The notes under the pieces: model-generated
Seen by the model: only the letters and a program-made list of their open reading frames with translations
Databases searched by the model: none
Told to the model about the DNA's origin: nothing
Virus record (IMG/VR): IMGVR_UViG_3300045303_000172
Span: 1-64,000 of that record
Source: a virus
Reading direction: 5' to 3' (one strand)
Length of the DNA: 64,000 bases
In this document: piece by piece, positions 45,022 to 54,234 of the stretch
Layout of the letters: every line of letters starts with the position of its first letter
How positions within the stretch are numbered: the first letter of the stretch is position 1
Position numbers and translations under genes: made by a program

Positions 45022-45342
45022 CTACGTGATTTCTGCAATTTTGGGTGGTGGTTCCAGTGAAATGGTAGCGTCGATCAAATTCCCGGCTCCTGCGTGGAAT
45101 TGGTCGAAGACGGCGAGCGCGTGAACGTAGACCAACGCTTCCCCGGCTTGTTCGATGGCGTCCTGGTCCTGGCGGTTCTTCTCCCCCTTCGATTCGATGA
45201 AGTTCTGCCCAACCTTGGCCTGCAGGTCCGCAAGGTTGCTGACCAAGACACGGCGGTAAAGTTCGGCAGCTTCGCCGGTGAGCCAGTTCTGGATCTTGAG
45301 AACCTGCTCTCTGGTGAGTGGGGTAAGAGTGACGTGGATCAA
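45022..45342 (-). CDS. Small head-assembly-region protein
   Basis: Coupled to portal stop. Confidence 0.65.
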   Translation of the reverse strand: MIHVTLTPLTREQVLKIQNWLTGEAAELYRRVLVSNLADLQAKVGQNFIESKGEKNRQDQDAIEQAGEALVYVHALAVFDQFHAGAGNLIDATISLEPPPKIAEIT

Positions 45343-47720
45343 GGTGCGGCTGGCCCTCCGATAGTGAGCGTCGGCTGGCCGGGTGTGGTGGTCGTGGTGG
45401 GTGTCGGCAAAAGGGCTTTCGGCTGCTGCGCCATCAGTTCGAGGATCTTGGCAACCTGCTTATCGTTCTTCTCGCCCAGTTTCATCGCCTGCTTGACGGC
45501 GTCGGCCAGCGGTTTGATTTCCGCGCCGACTTCCTTCATCAATTCCTGCTGATTCTGTTTCACGAACTGCTGAACCTGCTGGCTCAACTGTTTGAACTGC
45601 TCAGCCATCATCTGTTGCTGTTGTTCAGGCGGGACCTGGGGCGGCATCGGGCGCAGTTTGAAATCCTTCGGCAATCCCATTTGCTCGAGCACTTCATTGA
45701 CGAGCATGATGGATTGCTCGGGTCCGATGGTCTGGGCGATCATTGGATTTTGGAGCGCCGTAGTAAGCATCTGGAGCATGGCCGTGGCAACTGTCGTGTC
45801 GTTGGTGCGCTGTTCGCCGTCGCGCGTGGACGAGAAGTATTCGATTTGCAGGGCGCTCAGGTTGCCTTTAACCAAGTGCTTATCGCCGTGCCGCGTGGCT
45901 TTGTGTTCGACGGTGAACCCGAGCATGGAGAGCAATTCCGGTGTGTAAACCGGATCCTGGCTGAGTTGGGCGTAGGTTTCCTCGGCGCCAAAGGCCATCA
46001 GGTAGGTGTAAAGTTGGTGTTTCCACCCGTCCCACGCACGATCGACCATGCCTGCCGTGTACTCAAGCCTGCTGGAACTGGACGCCTGCACGCCAATGAT
46101 CTCTTGCTTGCTCTGTTCGTGCGTGGCTTGCCCCGCGATCTCCTGGGCGGACATGACGAGCGCACGCTCCAGAATCCCGAGCACGGCGTTGATGGCGTTG
46201 AATAGGGCGGGCACGTCGAGTTGCGGGAATCGGACGGAACCGAAGGCGTAGCGCACGTCCTGTTGCGCTGCCCGTGTCTTGCGTCCGCTGAACCGGAAGA
46301 AATTGAGCTTGCGAAACCAGCCTTCCCCGGTGTTCTCCAGTTTCTTGATGGATTCCTCGTCCAGAATGTCCGAGTCCACGAACGTCAGATTGGCGAGGTT
46401 CTGTTTCACGCTCAGGAGCGCCTGGGTCAGCAGGTTGCTCACCTGGTCTTGGAACGGGAGCACTTCGAGCGCGAGCGATGAATTGAGGTAACGGGCTTCG
46501 TCCGGGTCGTAGCCCCAGTAGGTCGCCGGGGTGCCTGGCAGTGGTGAGCAATAGAGAATCGTGCCATCGCCGCCCGTGACGAATCGGAACCAGACATTGT
46601 GATCGTAGTCACCGAGCCCGTCGCGTTTCGGGTTCAGTAGTTCAAAGTGTTCGGTGAGGACAACGGCGGAGTCATCGAAGTCGCTCGTGTAAAAGCGATT
46701 CCTTAGATTGTCTTCGCGGTCGAGGCTTTGCCATGCGGCCGTGCAAGATTGCGGGAATTGCAGCGTGCAAGAGCCGTAGACGGTGTTGAAGAACACGGCT
46801 TGGTCACGGCGCAGGTCCACGTTGTTGAACACGATCTTGTCCGTGTTCCAAAGGTGCATGTTCAGGCGGACGTCGCGGAAACGGTGAACGCGCCAGTAAC
46901 CGCAAAATTCCATGCCGGTGTTCGTGTTCAAGCTGGAAAGCGGGTGCGCCTGGTCCCAATAAGTGCGCGATGGGTGCGGCAAATGGTAACGGAGCCCTTC
47001 CCGGCTGAGGACGGTTTCGAATTCTTCTTCGCTGCCGCCCTTGAACTGCTCCTGTTCGTCCTTCCACCATTCTTCTTGGATGAACATCAGTTGCGCTCCG
47101 TAGAGCAGCATTCGCAGGATGGCCTGGCGCCCGATGTCTGGGTAGCCCATCTGCGTTGACATGACCTGAATCCGGTCGGTGATGATCTCGCATCTAGCCC
47201 GGTTGATGGCCGTCGAGCGGACGGGTTCATATTTGAAATACGGGACCAACGCACGGTCGCCGGTCAGCTTGGCAGCACGGATGAGGACGTAGGCGCGGAC
47301 CAGCGGGATGAAGACGTTGAAGAAGGTCGGCACCGAGAATTTCTTTTTGCCGGTCGGTTTGCCGGTTTTCTCGTCGATGTCGTCCTGGATCAGATGCGTG
47401 TAACCCCATTCGGTCGCTGCGTTGAGCACGCTCTCGTCAAACTTGTGCTCAGCCAACGACTGCATGAGCGTCGGGGACACCTGCTTGAATGGCACGTCCC
47501 AGGCTTGGTCGATGGCATGGAAAATTTTGTAAGTTCTGAAATTATTGAGAATGCCATCTTGGACGCGCGTGCGTACGCGGTACGCCAGTCTTGTGATATC
47601 GTCGGACGCGATGCCGACGAGTGCTCCCGAGAAGGGGTATTGAACGCCTTCAAACTTTTTCCGCAACGACTCGTCAGTGATACCTTTCGCCGCGAGAACT
47701 TTGAGGGAGACGAGCCCCAT
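45339..47720 (-). CDS. Portal protein (P22-like)
   Basis: 793 aa, LPFQDQVSNL...L, Q-rich C-terminal coiled coil; first large gene of virion operon. Confidence 0.8.
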   Translation of the reverse strand: MGLVSLKVLAAKGITDESLRKKFEGVQYPFSGALVGIASDDITRLAYRVRTRVQDGILNNFRTYKIFHAIDQAWDVPFKQVSPTLMQSLAEHKFDESVLNAATEWGYTHLIQDDIDEKTGKPTGKKKFSVPTFFNVFIPLVRAYVLIRAAKLTGDRALVPYFKYEPVRSTAINRARCEIITDRIQVMSTQMGYPDIGRQAILRMLLYGAQLMFIQEEWWKDEQEQFKGGSEEEFETVLSREGLRYHLPHPSRTYWDQAHPLSSLNTNTGMEFCGYWRVHRFRDVRLNMHLWNTDKIVFNNVDLRRDQAVFFNTVYGSCTLQFPQSCTAAWQSLDREDNLRNRFYTSDFDDSAVVLTEHFELLNPKRDGLGDYDHNVWFRFVTGGDGTILYCSPLPGTPATYWGYDPDEARYLNSSLALEVLPFQDQVSNLLTQALLSVKQNLANLTFVDSDILDEESIKKLENTGEGWFRKLNFFRFSGRKTRAAQQDVRYAFGSVRFPQLDVPALFNAINAVLGILERALVMSAQEIAGQATHEQSKQEIIGVQASSSSRLEYTAGMVDRAWDGWKHQLYTYLMAFGAEETYAQLSQDPVYTPELLSMLGFTVEHKATRHGDKHLVKGNLSALQIEYFSSTRDGEQRTNDTTVATAMLQMLTTALQNPMIAQTIGPEQSIMLVNEVLEQMGLPKDFKLRPMPPQVPPEQQQQMMAEQFKQLSQQVQQFVKQNQQELMKEVGAEIKPLADAVKQAMKLGEKNDKQVAKILELMAQQPKALLPTPTTTTTPGQPTLTIGGPAAP

Positions 47721-47721
47721 A

Positions 47722-47988
47722 TCAACGGCGCTTGAGCAGCATTTTCACTGGGCCTGGGAGTGCAGGTTGTTCTTCGGGACCGACCGGCTCGCCGGATTGA
47801 CCTTCGACCACGCCGCCGCCTTCGCTCTCACCAGGGCCTTCGGCATACTTGTCGGAGGTCGCGGTGTCGATATCAACCTGAACGGTCGAACCGTCGTTGC
47901 TGAGAACAGTCGCCGAGAGAGTGACCTTTTCGTCGGGCTTACAGTCCTTTAGTTGCTCCGAAAGATCCGAATCCAGATCAAGTTGCAT
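47722..47988 (-). CDS. Acidic hypothetical protein
   Basis: Ends 1 nt before portal start. Confidence 0.65.
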   Translation of the reverse strand: MQLDLDSDLSEQLKDCKPDEKVTLSATVLSNDGSTVQVDIDTATSDKYAEGPGESEGGGVVEGQSGEPVGPEEQPALPGPVKMLLKRR

Positions 47989-48196
47989 AAATGCCAGTAG
48001 TTAACGATATCGTTGGCCGTTGATGGCACCTTACTCCCTAAGAAACTGCTGGCAAACCAATTCGGCGATGGTAGAGTGTGGACGCATTGCTAGCTCTGAA
48101 CACAACTTTTTAACATCTTCCGCCCGCCCGGCGTCGGACTTCATTCGGAGGTTTGGCAATGCAACCGGGCGCGGCGGGGGTTTTTGAAAGCGCGGA

Positions 48197-49351
48197 ATGA
48201 ATGAGCGCACTTGCCTCGATATCTTCACCGGCCTTGGCTGTTTCTCAATCGCAGCTCACGCTTGCGGAGTCCGAACAATCGCTATGTGCGAATCAGATCC
48301 CGCCCGCCGAAACTTCCTCAAAGCAAACTGGCCCTGCCCGGTCGAGGAAGACGCGAACACGTTCGACGCAACCCGCTACCGAGGTGTCTGGGGAGTTTTC
48401 GGAGGTCCACCGTGCCAGCCAAGCAGTCTTGCCGGGAAGCGACTTGGCCCGAAAGATGACCGCTGGCTCTGGCCTCAAGCTCTGCGAATTGTTGACGAAG
48501 CAGAGCCCGCTTTCGTCCTGTTTGAAAATCCTCTTGGGTTCAACGGAGTGGGCCTCGACGGAGTGCTTGCTGAGCTGGAAAGCAAAGGCTACGAGTGCCG
48601 GACGCTCAATATTCCAGCTTGCGCCGTCGATTCCCCGCAACGACGGGAGCGGCTCTGGATTATGGGGCACTCCCCGGACCGTGCGCGGCGGGTATTGTTC
48701 GGGCAAGGCCGGCGAGAAGATTCTCACAATGGAAGGCCAGTTGAAGGTGGGGCTGTGGGCGACTGCCAGAGCGGAAGACTCGCAGCAAACGGGAGGCCAC
48801 CGGGGAGTGGCGGACACGCTCACGAGCCAAGCCAGGATCGGGGTGTGGCCGACCCCAACCAAGAGCGATTCGAATGGAGCCTGCAACCGGACCGACAAAC
48901 CGAACAAGGACGGCCTGAGGCTCACCAGTGTTGCCAAGGCGGCAATGTGGCCAACACCGCAAGTCTGCCAAGCTCCGAACATGAGCAAGAATCGCGGGAA
49001 GGATTGGGGCGGCGAGCGGGAGAGGATCACACCGCAGTCGATCAAGGGATTGTGGCCGACAGCCACGAGCCGGGATTGGCGCAGCGGCAAAGCGAGCGAC
49101 GAGACAATGGCCAAGAATGCGCGGCCATTATCGGAAGTCCTGGAGCGGGCCTTTGGTCCGACTGCGCCTGGATCGAATGTGGAGACGGTAAATTCCGGCG
49201 CTCCAAACCCGGAGTTTGTGGCTTGGTTGATGGGCCTTCCGTGGGACTACTTGAAGCTCCGGGAAACGCAATCGTCTGGCCAATTGCCGCTACTCTGATA
49301 CGGGCGATGATCCAAGCAGAGAAAAACGACGTGACGGCGGGAGGGGGATGA
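48197..49351 (+). CDS. C5-cytosine DNA methyltransferase, catalytic (alpha) chain
   Basis: DIFTGLG, GPPCQP, FENP, PQRRERLWI, GNAIV; no motif IX in this frame. Confidence 0.9.
   Translation: MNERTCLDIFTGLGCFSIAAHACGVRTIAMCESDPARRNFLKANWPCPVEEDANTFDATRYRGVWGVFGGPPCQPSSLAGKRLGPKDDRWLWPQALRIVDEAEPAFVLFENPLGFNGVGLDGVLAELESKGYECRTLNIPACAVDSPQRRERLWIMGHSPDRARRVLFGQGRREDSHNGRPVEGGAVGDCQSGRLAANGRPPGSGGHAHEPSQDRGVADPNQERFEWSLQPDRQTEQGRPEAHQCCQGGNVANTASLPSSEHEQESREGLGRRAGEDHTAVDQGIVADSHEPGLAQRQSERRDNGQECAAIIGSPGAGLWSDCAWIECGDGKFRRSKPGVCGLVDGPSVGLLEAPGNAIVWPIAATLIRAMIQAEKNDVTAGGG
48201..49298 (+). CDS. Overlapping +1-frame (beta) chain of the C5 methyltransferase; true start uncertain
   Basis: Five W[PGA]T[PA] repeats and NPEFVAWLMGLP (motif IX-like). 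Confidence 0.7.
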   Translation: MSALASISSPALAVSQSQLTLAESEQSLCANQIPPAETSSKQTGPARSRKTRTRSTQPATEVSGEFSEVHRASQAVLPGSDLARKMTAGSGLKLCELLTKQSPLSSCLKILLGSTEWASTECLLSWKAKATSAGRSIFQLAPSIPRNDGSGSGLWGTPRTVRGGYCSGKAGEKILTMEGQLKVGLWATARAEDSQQTGGHRGVADTLTSQARIGVWPTPTKSDSNGACNRTDKPNKDGLRLTSVAKAAMWPTPQVCQAPNMSKNRGKDWGGERERITPQSIKGLWPTATSRDWRSGKASDETMAKNARPLSEVLERAFGPTAPGSNVETVNSGAPNPEFVAWLMGLPWDYLKLRETQSSGQLPLL

Positions 49352-49521
49352 AAAGAAAACCGAAACTGTTTCTTGGCTTGGAAGAATCAAACCTGCATCT
49401 TTTTGTGAGCCGCTGCTGTGGCGCTGGCCTTTCGGTTGAACCCCTCTGCCGAATCGCCTGCGGACGGTGCGGTAAAACCGTGAGACGCGCTCGATACGTC
49501 GGCCCTGCCTATGCCAGTTAA
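49348..49521 (+). CDS. Small Cys-rich protein
   Basis: 57 aa, SRCC...CGRCGK; overlaps both neighbours. Confidence 0.5.
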   Translation: MKRKPKLFLGLEESNLHLFVSRCCGAGLSVEPLCRIACGRCGKTVRRARYVGPAYAS

Positions 49522-51058
49522 TCCAGCAACCGGACTGTGGTCCCCTCGACTCGGACCAACTCAGCAGAAAGTTTTTGATTGCTCGAAGAGGTTTATCCTG
49601 TCGAGCGGTCCACGGCTATCCACGAAAACTTTTTCGAGTTTGGAAAAGATACTCAAGCACCTTTGGGAAGTTGACCCAGCTAGAGTTGCGATCTTCGTAA
49701 AAACAAGGGGAACTGCCCTTTCTGGTGTTTGGCCAAAGCTAGTTGGTGATCGGATCGGTGTCATAAACGAATGGCTGGAGGCAGATTTGCAATCTGATTA
49801 CGGGCGGTTCAAATACTCGGTTAGACCCCGGGAACGTGGCTCGATTCGGATGGACTATTTCAAAATTGAGAACCGCTGGGGTGGCCAAAGTGAGTGCCAA
49901 TTACATTCGCTGAAATTTGACGGAGACGTGGAAGATAAGCTTCTTTCAACGGAATACACTTGCATCTATTTTGTCGAGCTTCAAAACTTCGACGACCCAA
50001 ATGTTTTCTACATAAGTGAGGAACAGTTGCGTATGGACGGTGTGCCCTACGACCAGTTTCTTTGGATAAGTGACACCAACCCGCCGCGCAACGCACTTAG
50101 CCACTTTGCTTTCAAAATCTGGTACGAGCAAAGAACGGCTCGTCCGCCCGAGGGAGTAACAGCTATCGAAATTGAAGAATTCTACGCCTTCCAGCAGCAG
50201 CTTGCTCTCTTTGAATTTACACTTGATGACGCGGAAGGCTTCGTCGATCCGCGCATGATTGCGAAGATAAAAAGCAAATATCGCAATGACCCCGAAGCCT
50301 GGGACCGTTTCGTCCTCGGCAAATGGACGAAAACTCGCGGGCACGGTGACAAACACTTCTCCTCCCTGTTCCGTCCCAACATCCACGTCGTCGGCAACAT
50401 CAACTTCATGGACAAGAGCGACTGGGAATACATCGTGCCCGACCCTTCGATCAACCGGCTTTACGGCGGCTGGGACTTGGGCAAGGTGAACCACGCTTGC
50501 GTGTTCGCTCAAAAGAAACTCACAGAGGACGGCAAAACCCGATGGGAAGTGCTCGACGAACTAGTTGTGCTCGCGGACAAAGTGAAAGTCGCGGAGTTCA
50601 CCAAGGAAGCGATGGAGAAACGCGCGGCCCTGGAGAAGATCATCGGCCACGATGTTCAATGGACCGACTGGACCGACACTTCGGCCTTCGAAGAGTATCG
50701 CGGCGGCACCGACGAGATCGACGCCGACATCGTGGAGTTCGTCTCCGCTGGCTCGATCAACTTCCAAGCAGCCACTCAGGCCAAGCGCCCCGGGTCCGTC
50801 CGCAAGCGGGTCGAGAAGATCAAAGACCTGCTCACGGAGAACCGCATTTACGTCTCCGCCAACTGCACTTCGCTGATTGAGATGTTCAAGGAGTTGCGGA
50901 AGGGCGCGAACGAAGTGACCTACGTCGCGCGCGGGCAGGCCGAGAAACACATCTTCGACGCCTTCAGCTACATGATCTACATGGAGACGCTCGAAGACCT
51001 TGAAGAAGCGATCGTCACGGCCCCTCAGGTCGGTAGGAGGTTCGTGAGTGTTGGTTAA
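49511..51058 (+). CDS. terL: Terminase large subunit
   Basis: SGPRLSTKT (Walker A), IYFVEL (atypical Walker B), DTNPP, RFVLGKW, GWDLG, HIFDAFSY. Confidence 0.88.
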   Translation: MPVNPATGLWSPRLGPTQQKVFDCSKRFILSSGPRLSTKTFSSLEKILKHLWEVDPARVAIFVKTRGTALSGVWPKLVGDRIGVINEWLEADLQSDYGRFKYSVRPRERGSIRMDYFKIENRWGGQSECQLHSLKFDGDVEDKLLSTEYTCIYFVELQNFDDPNVFYISEEQLRMDGVPYDQFLWISDTNPPRNALSHFAFKIWYEQRTARPPEGVTAIEIEEFYAFQQQLALFEFTLDDAEGFVDPRMIAKIKSKYRNDPEAWDRFVLGKWTKTRGHGDKHFSSLFRPNIHVVGNINFMDKSDWEYIVPDPSINRLYGGWDLGKVNHACVFAQKKLTEDGKTRWEVLDELVVLADKVKVAEFTKEAMEKRAALEKIIGHDVQWTDWTDTSAFEEYRGGTDEIDADIVEFVSAGSINFQAATQAKRPGSVRKRVEKIKDLLTENRIYVSANCTSLIEMFKELRKGANEVTYVARGQAEKHIFDAFSYMIYMETLEDLEEAIVTAPQVGRRFVSVG

Positions 51059-51525
51059 AGAGCCAACTTCCCGCCTTTCTTCATCTGGATGGATCTGAAT
51101 TCCTTGAATATTTTATCTGCCTGCGGTGCGAATTCTGGAGGCATTCCTTTCCTGCAACATGCTGGCGAGAGGCTTCTTCTGAGCGCATCCATCTTCAGGC
51201 AAAGCTCAATATGGCGTCGCTTTCCTTGAACAAATGGGAGCACTAACCTCAGAAATCTAAGGCATTCCTGCTGGCACAGGCGAAGCCTGAAATATGGCAT
51301 TCTTCTCCCTGACGATTGGCATGAAACTCGTTTAGCCTCTGGAAGCAGGCTGTTAACGAAGTCGATGGTTTTTCTGTCGGTCATGGCAAGCTCGAACCTT
51401 ATTACGTAACTTGGGCTCACTCTTCTTGCTTCCATTGTCCGCTGAATACCTACATGGCACTCCGCATCGACCATTGCGGCAAGATACCCAACTTGCCATT
51501 GTTTTAATGTTGGGGTATAGCGCAT
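51055..51525 (-). CDS. Free-standing LAGLIDADG homing endonuclease
   Basis: GYLAAMVDAECHVGI, FELAMTD, FLRLVLPFV.GK; AT-richer than flanks. Confidence 0.82.
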   Translation of the reverse strand: MRYTPTLKQWQVGYLAAMVDAECHVGIQRTMEARRVSPSYVIRFELAMTDRKTIDFVNSLLPEAKRVSCQSSGRRMPYFRLRLCQQECLRFLRLVLPFVQGKRRHIELCLKMDALRRSLSPACCRKGMPPEFAPQADKIFKEFRSIQMKKGGKLAL

Positions 51526-51530
51526 ACACA

Positions 51531-52571
51531 ATGAATATACCAACTGTGGCGATTTTACAAGGTGGCGCTTTGGATATTTTGAAAACGCTCCCATCAGAAT
51601 CAGTGAACATGTGCGTCACGTCGCCGCCCTATTGGGGACTACGAGACTACGGGGTCGAGGGCCAGATCGGGCTTGAGGCAACCCCGGAGCTTTACGTAGC
51701 CAAACTCGTCGAAGTTTTCCGGGAAGTGCATCGGGTGCTGCGCGACGATGGAACACTCTGGCTTAACCTCGGAGACTCGTACGCCACTAAGCCATACGGC
51801 GACGGACACACGTTCGATCCAAAATACGGCGGACGCAATCGCGCCAACGGCTATCCGAATCGGCAATCCCAACCAGGACTGAAGCATAAAGACATGGTGG
51901 GAGTCCCGTGGATGGTGGCTTTTGCGCTGCGTTCAGATGGTTGGTGTCTCCGCTCGGAGATTACTTGGTGTAAGAAAGCGCCAATGCCGGAGTCGGTCAC
52001 GGACCGGCCAACATCGGCAACGGAGAAGATTTTCCTGCTCACCAAGGGCGAGAGCTATTTTTACGATGCTGATGCTGTTCGGAATCCGCCAAGCGAAGCC
52101 ATGCTCAAGCAGGTTTCCGAAGGATATGACGGGCACGCGACAAAGCTCTTTGAGACGAACGGAGTTCAGAATGCGAGCGACGTAAAATCCCGCATCATCG
52201 AGAACGCTCGCAAACGCATCGACAAGCAGCGTGGACATTCCAGACGGCACAACGGTTTTAACGACCGATGGGATCATTTGAGCAAGCAGGAGCAGATGGC
52301 TTGCGGTTCAAACATGCGGAACTATTGGGTAATCGGACCTGATCCATGCAAGGACGCGCACTTTGCAACTTTCCCGAGTGAAATTCCACGCCGCTGCATT
52401 CTGGCCGGATGCCCGGTTGGGGGTTTCGTGTTGGACCCGTTCGGCGGAAGCGGCACAACGGGCATGGTTGCGAAGGAGCTTGGCCGTAACTCGGTTCTTA
52501 TCGAATTAAACCCAGAATATGTGAAGCTGGCCAACAGCCGTTGCGATGTGACGGCTGGTTTAGGTCTTTGA
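51531..52571 (+). CDS. N4-C/N6-A DNA methyltransferase (beta class)
   Basis: VTSPPYWGLRDY, HFATFP, VLDPFGGSGTTG, IELNPEY. Confidence 0.93.
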   Translation: MNIPTVAILQGGALDILKTLPSESVNMCVTSPPYWGLRDYGVEGQIGLEATPELYVAKLVEVFREVHRVLRDDGTLWLNLGDSYATKPYGDGHTFDPKYGGRNRANGYPNRQSQPGLKHKDMVGVPWMVAFALRSDGWCLRSEITWCKKAPMPESVTDRPTSATEKIFLLTKGESYFYDADAVRNPPSEAMLKQVSEGYDGHATKLFETNGVQNASDVKSRIIENARKRIDKQRGHSRRHNGFNDRWDHLSKQEQMACGSNMRNYWVIGPDPCKDAHFATFPSEIPRRCILAGCPVGGFVLDPFGGSGTTGMVAKELGRNSVLIELNPEYVKLANSRCDVTAGLGL

Positions 52572-52892
52572 TTTCTGACTGACGATCTTCAACAGCCTCG
52601 CCACCACCAACTCATGTCCTCTCCACGCGGCCCGTTTCCGGCGTCTGAACCAGTCGATGTGCTTTTTCGGGTGAAGTGGGTCCACACCACAAGCCCCGGC
52701 AAAAGCGTCGATCAATTCTGGCTCCATACCTCGCCAGGACGTGCGCTCGGAGTATGAGTCGATCGTTCGGAGCCCTAACCCGCTTCGGTTTGCAATCTCG
52801 CGCCGGGTCATTGCGGCCCGCCCGCGGTGTTTCCGTGCGATAAGCCGGCAGAACACAGGCGGGCAACGGTCCAGGCGCTCCAGGAGGGTCAT
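52560..52892 (-). CDS. HTH-like DNA-binding protein
   Basis: MTRREIANRSGLGLRTI; start re-set by ATGA overlap. Confidence 0.65.
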   Translation of the reverse strand: MTLLERLDRCPPVFCRLIARKHRGRAAMTRREIANRSGLGLRTIDSYSERTSWRGMEPELIDAFAGACGVDPLHPKKHIDWFRRRKRAAWRGHELVVARLLKIVSQKSKT

Positions 52893-53065
52893 TTTCGGAG
52901 CTTTGAAAGCGTCATGGCAAGCCTCGCACGGGCTCCGAGCTTGCCGCCCTTGGATGCGGCTGATTCCAGCGTTTTTTCGGGTATCGTGTGTCCCTTCCTG
53001 ATGCCAAGGCTCTTCCTGAGGCTGCCCGCGTGTTTTATGGCCCCCTGGATCCAATGCTTTTTCAT
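52889..53065 (-). CDS. Small basic phage protein (58 aa, below ORF-track cutoff)
   Basis: MKKHWIQGAIKHAGSLRKSLGIRKGHTIPEKTLESAASKGGKLGARARLAMTLSKLRK. Confidence 0.8.
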   Translation of the reverse strand: MKKHWIQGAIKHAGSLRKSLGIRKGHTIPEKTLESAASKGGKLGARARLAMTLSKLRK

Positions 53066-53066
53066 G

Positions 53067-53636
53067 CTATTCCTCGCTTTTTCGTCCGCTGAACGTCCCA
53101 GCGAGCCCTCCGCGCGGTGGTGAACCGTTTGGAGCCGTCATCGGCATGGTTCTCGGTTTTGGCTTGTCCTCTCCGGTCTTCTCTGCGCGTTTTTTCCTTT
53201 CGGTCAGAAGATCCTGGTAATGTGAGATCGTCTCGAGAACCGAAAGCTTCTGTTTGACGAGCGAGGAAACAGTTTCGACGCGCCCCATCTTCCGAATATC
53301 GCTGGTTTCCTTCTTCATCAGGGTTCGGGCCGTGTCCAGGGCGTCATTTATGTCCCGGAGAGCGAGTAAGAGCTCCAGGCGAACGGTTTCGTCCGGGTCG
53401 GCCTCTTTGTAGGAGGAAAGAAGCATGTAATCACGGAGGCTCTTCTCGTACTTCTCAATTTCATCTTTGCGCCGCTTCGCCCAATACTTCTGCTTCCCTT
53501 TTTTTGAGAGTGCGTCCCACCGTTCACTCTCTTCAATGTCCTTCAGTAGCGATGGTGGCGGAGCAGAAAGAGGTGGAAGTTTTACTTTTTCCTCCGGCGC
53601 CGTAGATTCTGGAGCTACTTCGGACTCATCAGGCAT
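53067..53636 (-). CDS. Hypothetical helical protein (terminase small subunit candidate)
   Basis: 189 aa, charged and helical; no other TerS candidate seen; function is a guess. Confidence 0.55.
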   Translation of the reverse strand: MPDESEVAPESTAPEEKVKLPPLSAPPPSLLKDIEESERWDALSKKGKQKYWAKRRKDEIEKYEKSLRDYMLLSSYKEADPDETVRLELLLALRDINDALDTARTLMKKETSDIRKMGRVETVSSLVKQKLSVLETISHYQDLLTERKKRAEKTGEDKPKPRTMPMTAPNGSPPRGGLAGTFSGRKSEE

Positions 53637-54069
53637 TTTGGGCCTCTTTCAATGTTCTCCGTGGAGCAATTTGCGCTCGTGGCCACGCTACGTCGAGCAT
53701 TTTAGCCCAATCCACGCCCATCTCGCCGTCAGTTCTCTCCCAGAGCCAGCACTCGGCCGACGGGCTGGATGCCTTGAGCGGTAGAAAACACCCGCAACCG
53801 AGAGGTTCTTCGACATTACCCCGCTCGTACGTCTCCCCGAGCTTCCCACAAGCCCTTCTGCGCCGGTCGTAGAGCTCGCATCGCTGGCAGCCGCGCATCC
53901 GTTTCCACCAGGTGCTCCCCGGACCGCGTTCAACCTTGCACTGAGGCAAGAGCGCAGCCAGTATCTTCGGCGCGGTCCTCCACTTAACTCTGCCGGTCAA
54001 TCTCCACTCATTCCAAAACGAGGAGGTGAGGGTTGACGCGAAGAGAAGGAATCGTCGGACGCGCTTCAT
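53629..54069 (-). CDS. Cys-rich hypothetical protein
   Basis: R...C..C......C...GCGCF...KA......C; promoter TTCCCA-17-CAAGCT-5-ATG. Confidence 0.7.
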   Translation of the reverse strand: MKRVRRFLLFASTLTSSFWNEWRLTGRVKWRTAPKILAALLPQCKVERGPGSTWWKRMRGCQRCELYDRRRRACGKLGETYERGNVEEPLGCGCFLPLKASSPSAECWLWERTDGEMGVDWAKMLDVAWPRAQIAPRRTLKEAQNA

Positions 54070-54106
54070 GAGGGAGCTTGACACTGATCGCTGCCTATGG
54101 GAAGGT
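54070..54106. promoter_or_regulatory. Overlapping divergent promoters
   Basis: Plus TTGACA(54078)-17-GAAGGT; minus TTCCCA(54103)-17-CAAGCT. Confidence 0.55.
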
Positions 54107-54234
54107 CGCAGTGCGCCGATAACGACTGTGATCACAATCCGATATTCCGATCCTCCCCTGCGGGTTCTTTCTCGTTTCTCCCGATTCGAGACTCGTTTTC
54201 CCGGCGCCAGGGGAGAATCGGACTATTGGATTGT

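Noticed and set aside
42170-45124. Long + strand ORFs (496, 367 and 189 aa) opposite capsid and scaffold genes
   Set aside because: Expected antisense shadows of strongly biased GC-rich codons; no motifs or start signals.
48031-48228. 65-aa minus-strand ORF before the virion operon
   Set aside because: Overlaps the MTase start, no recognisable motif; may be promoter DNA; left uncalled.
51055-51525. Endonuclease as part of an intron or intein in terL
   Set aside because: Opposite strand and outside the intact terL and MTase frames.
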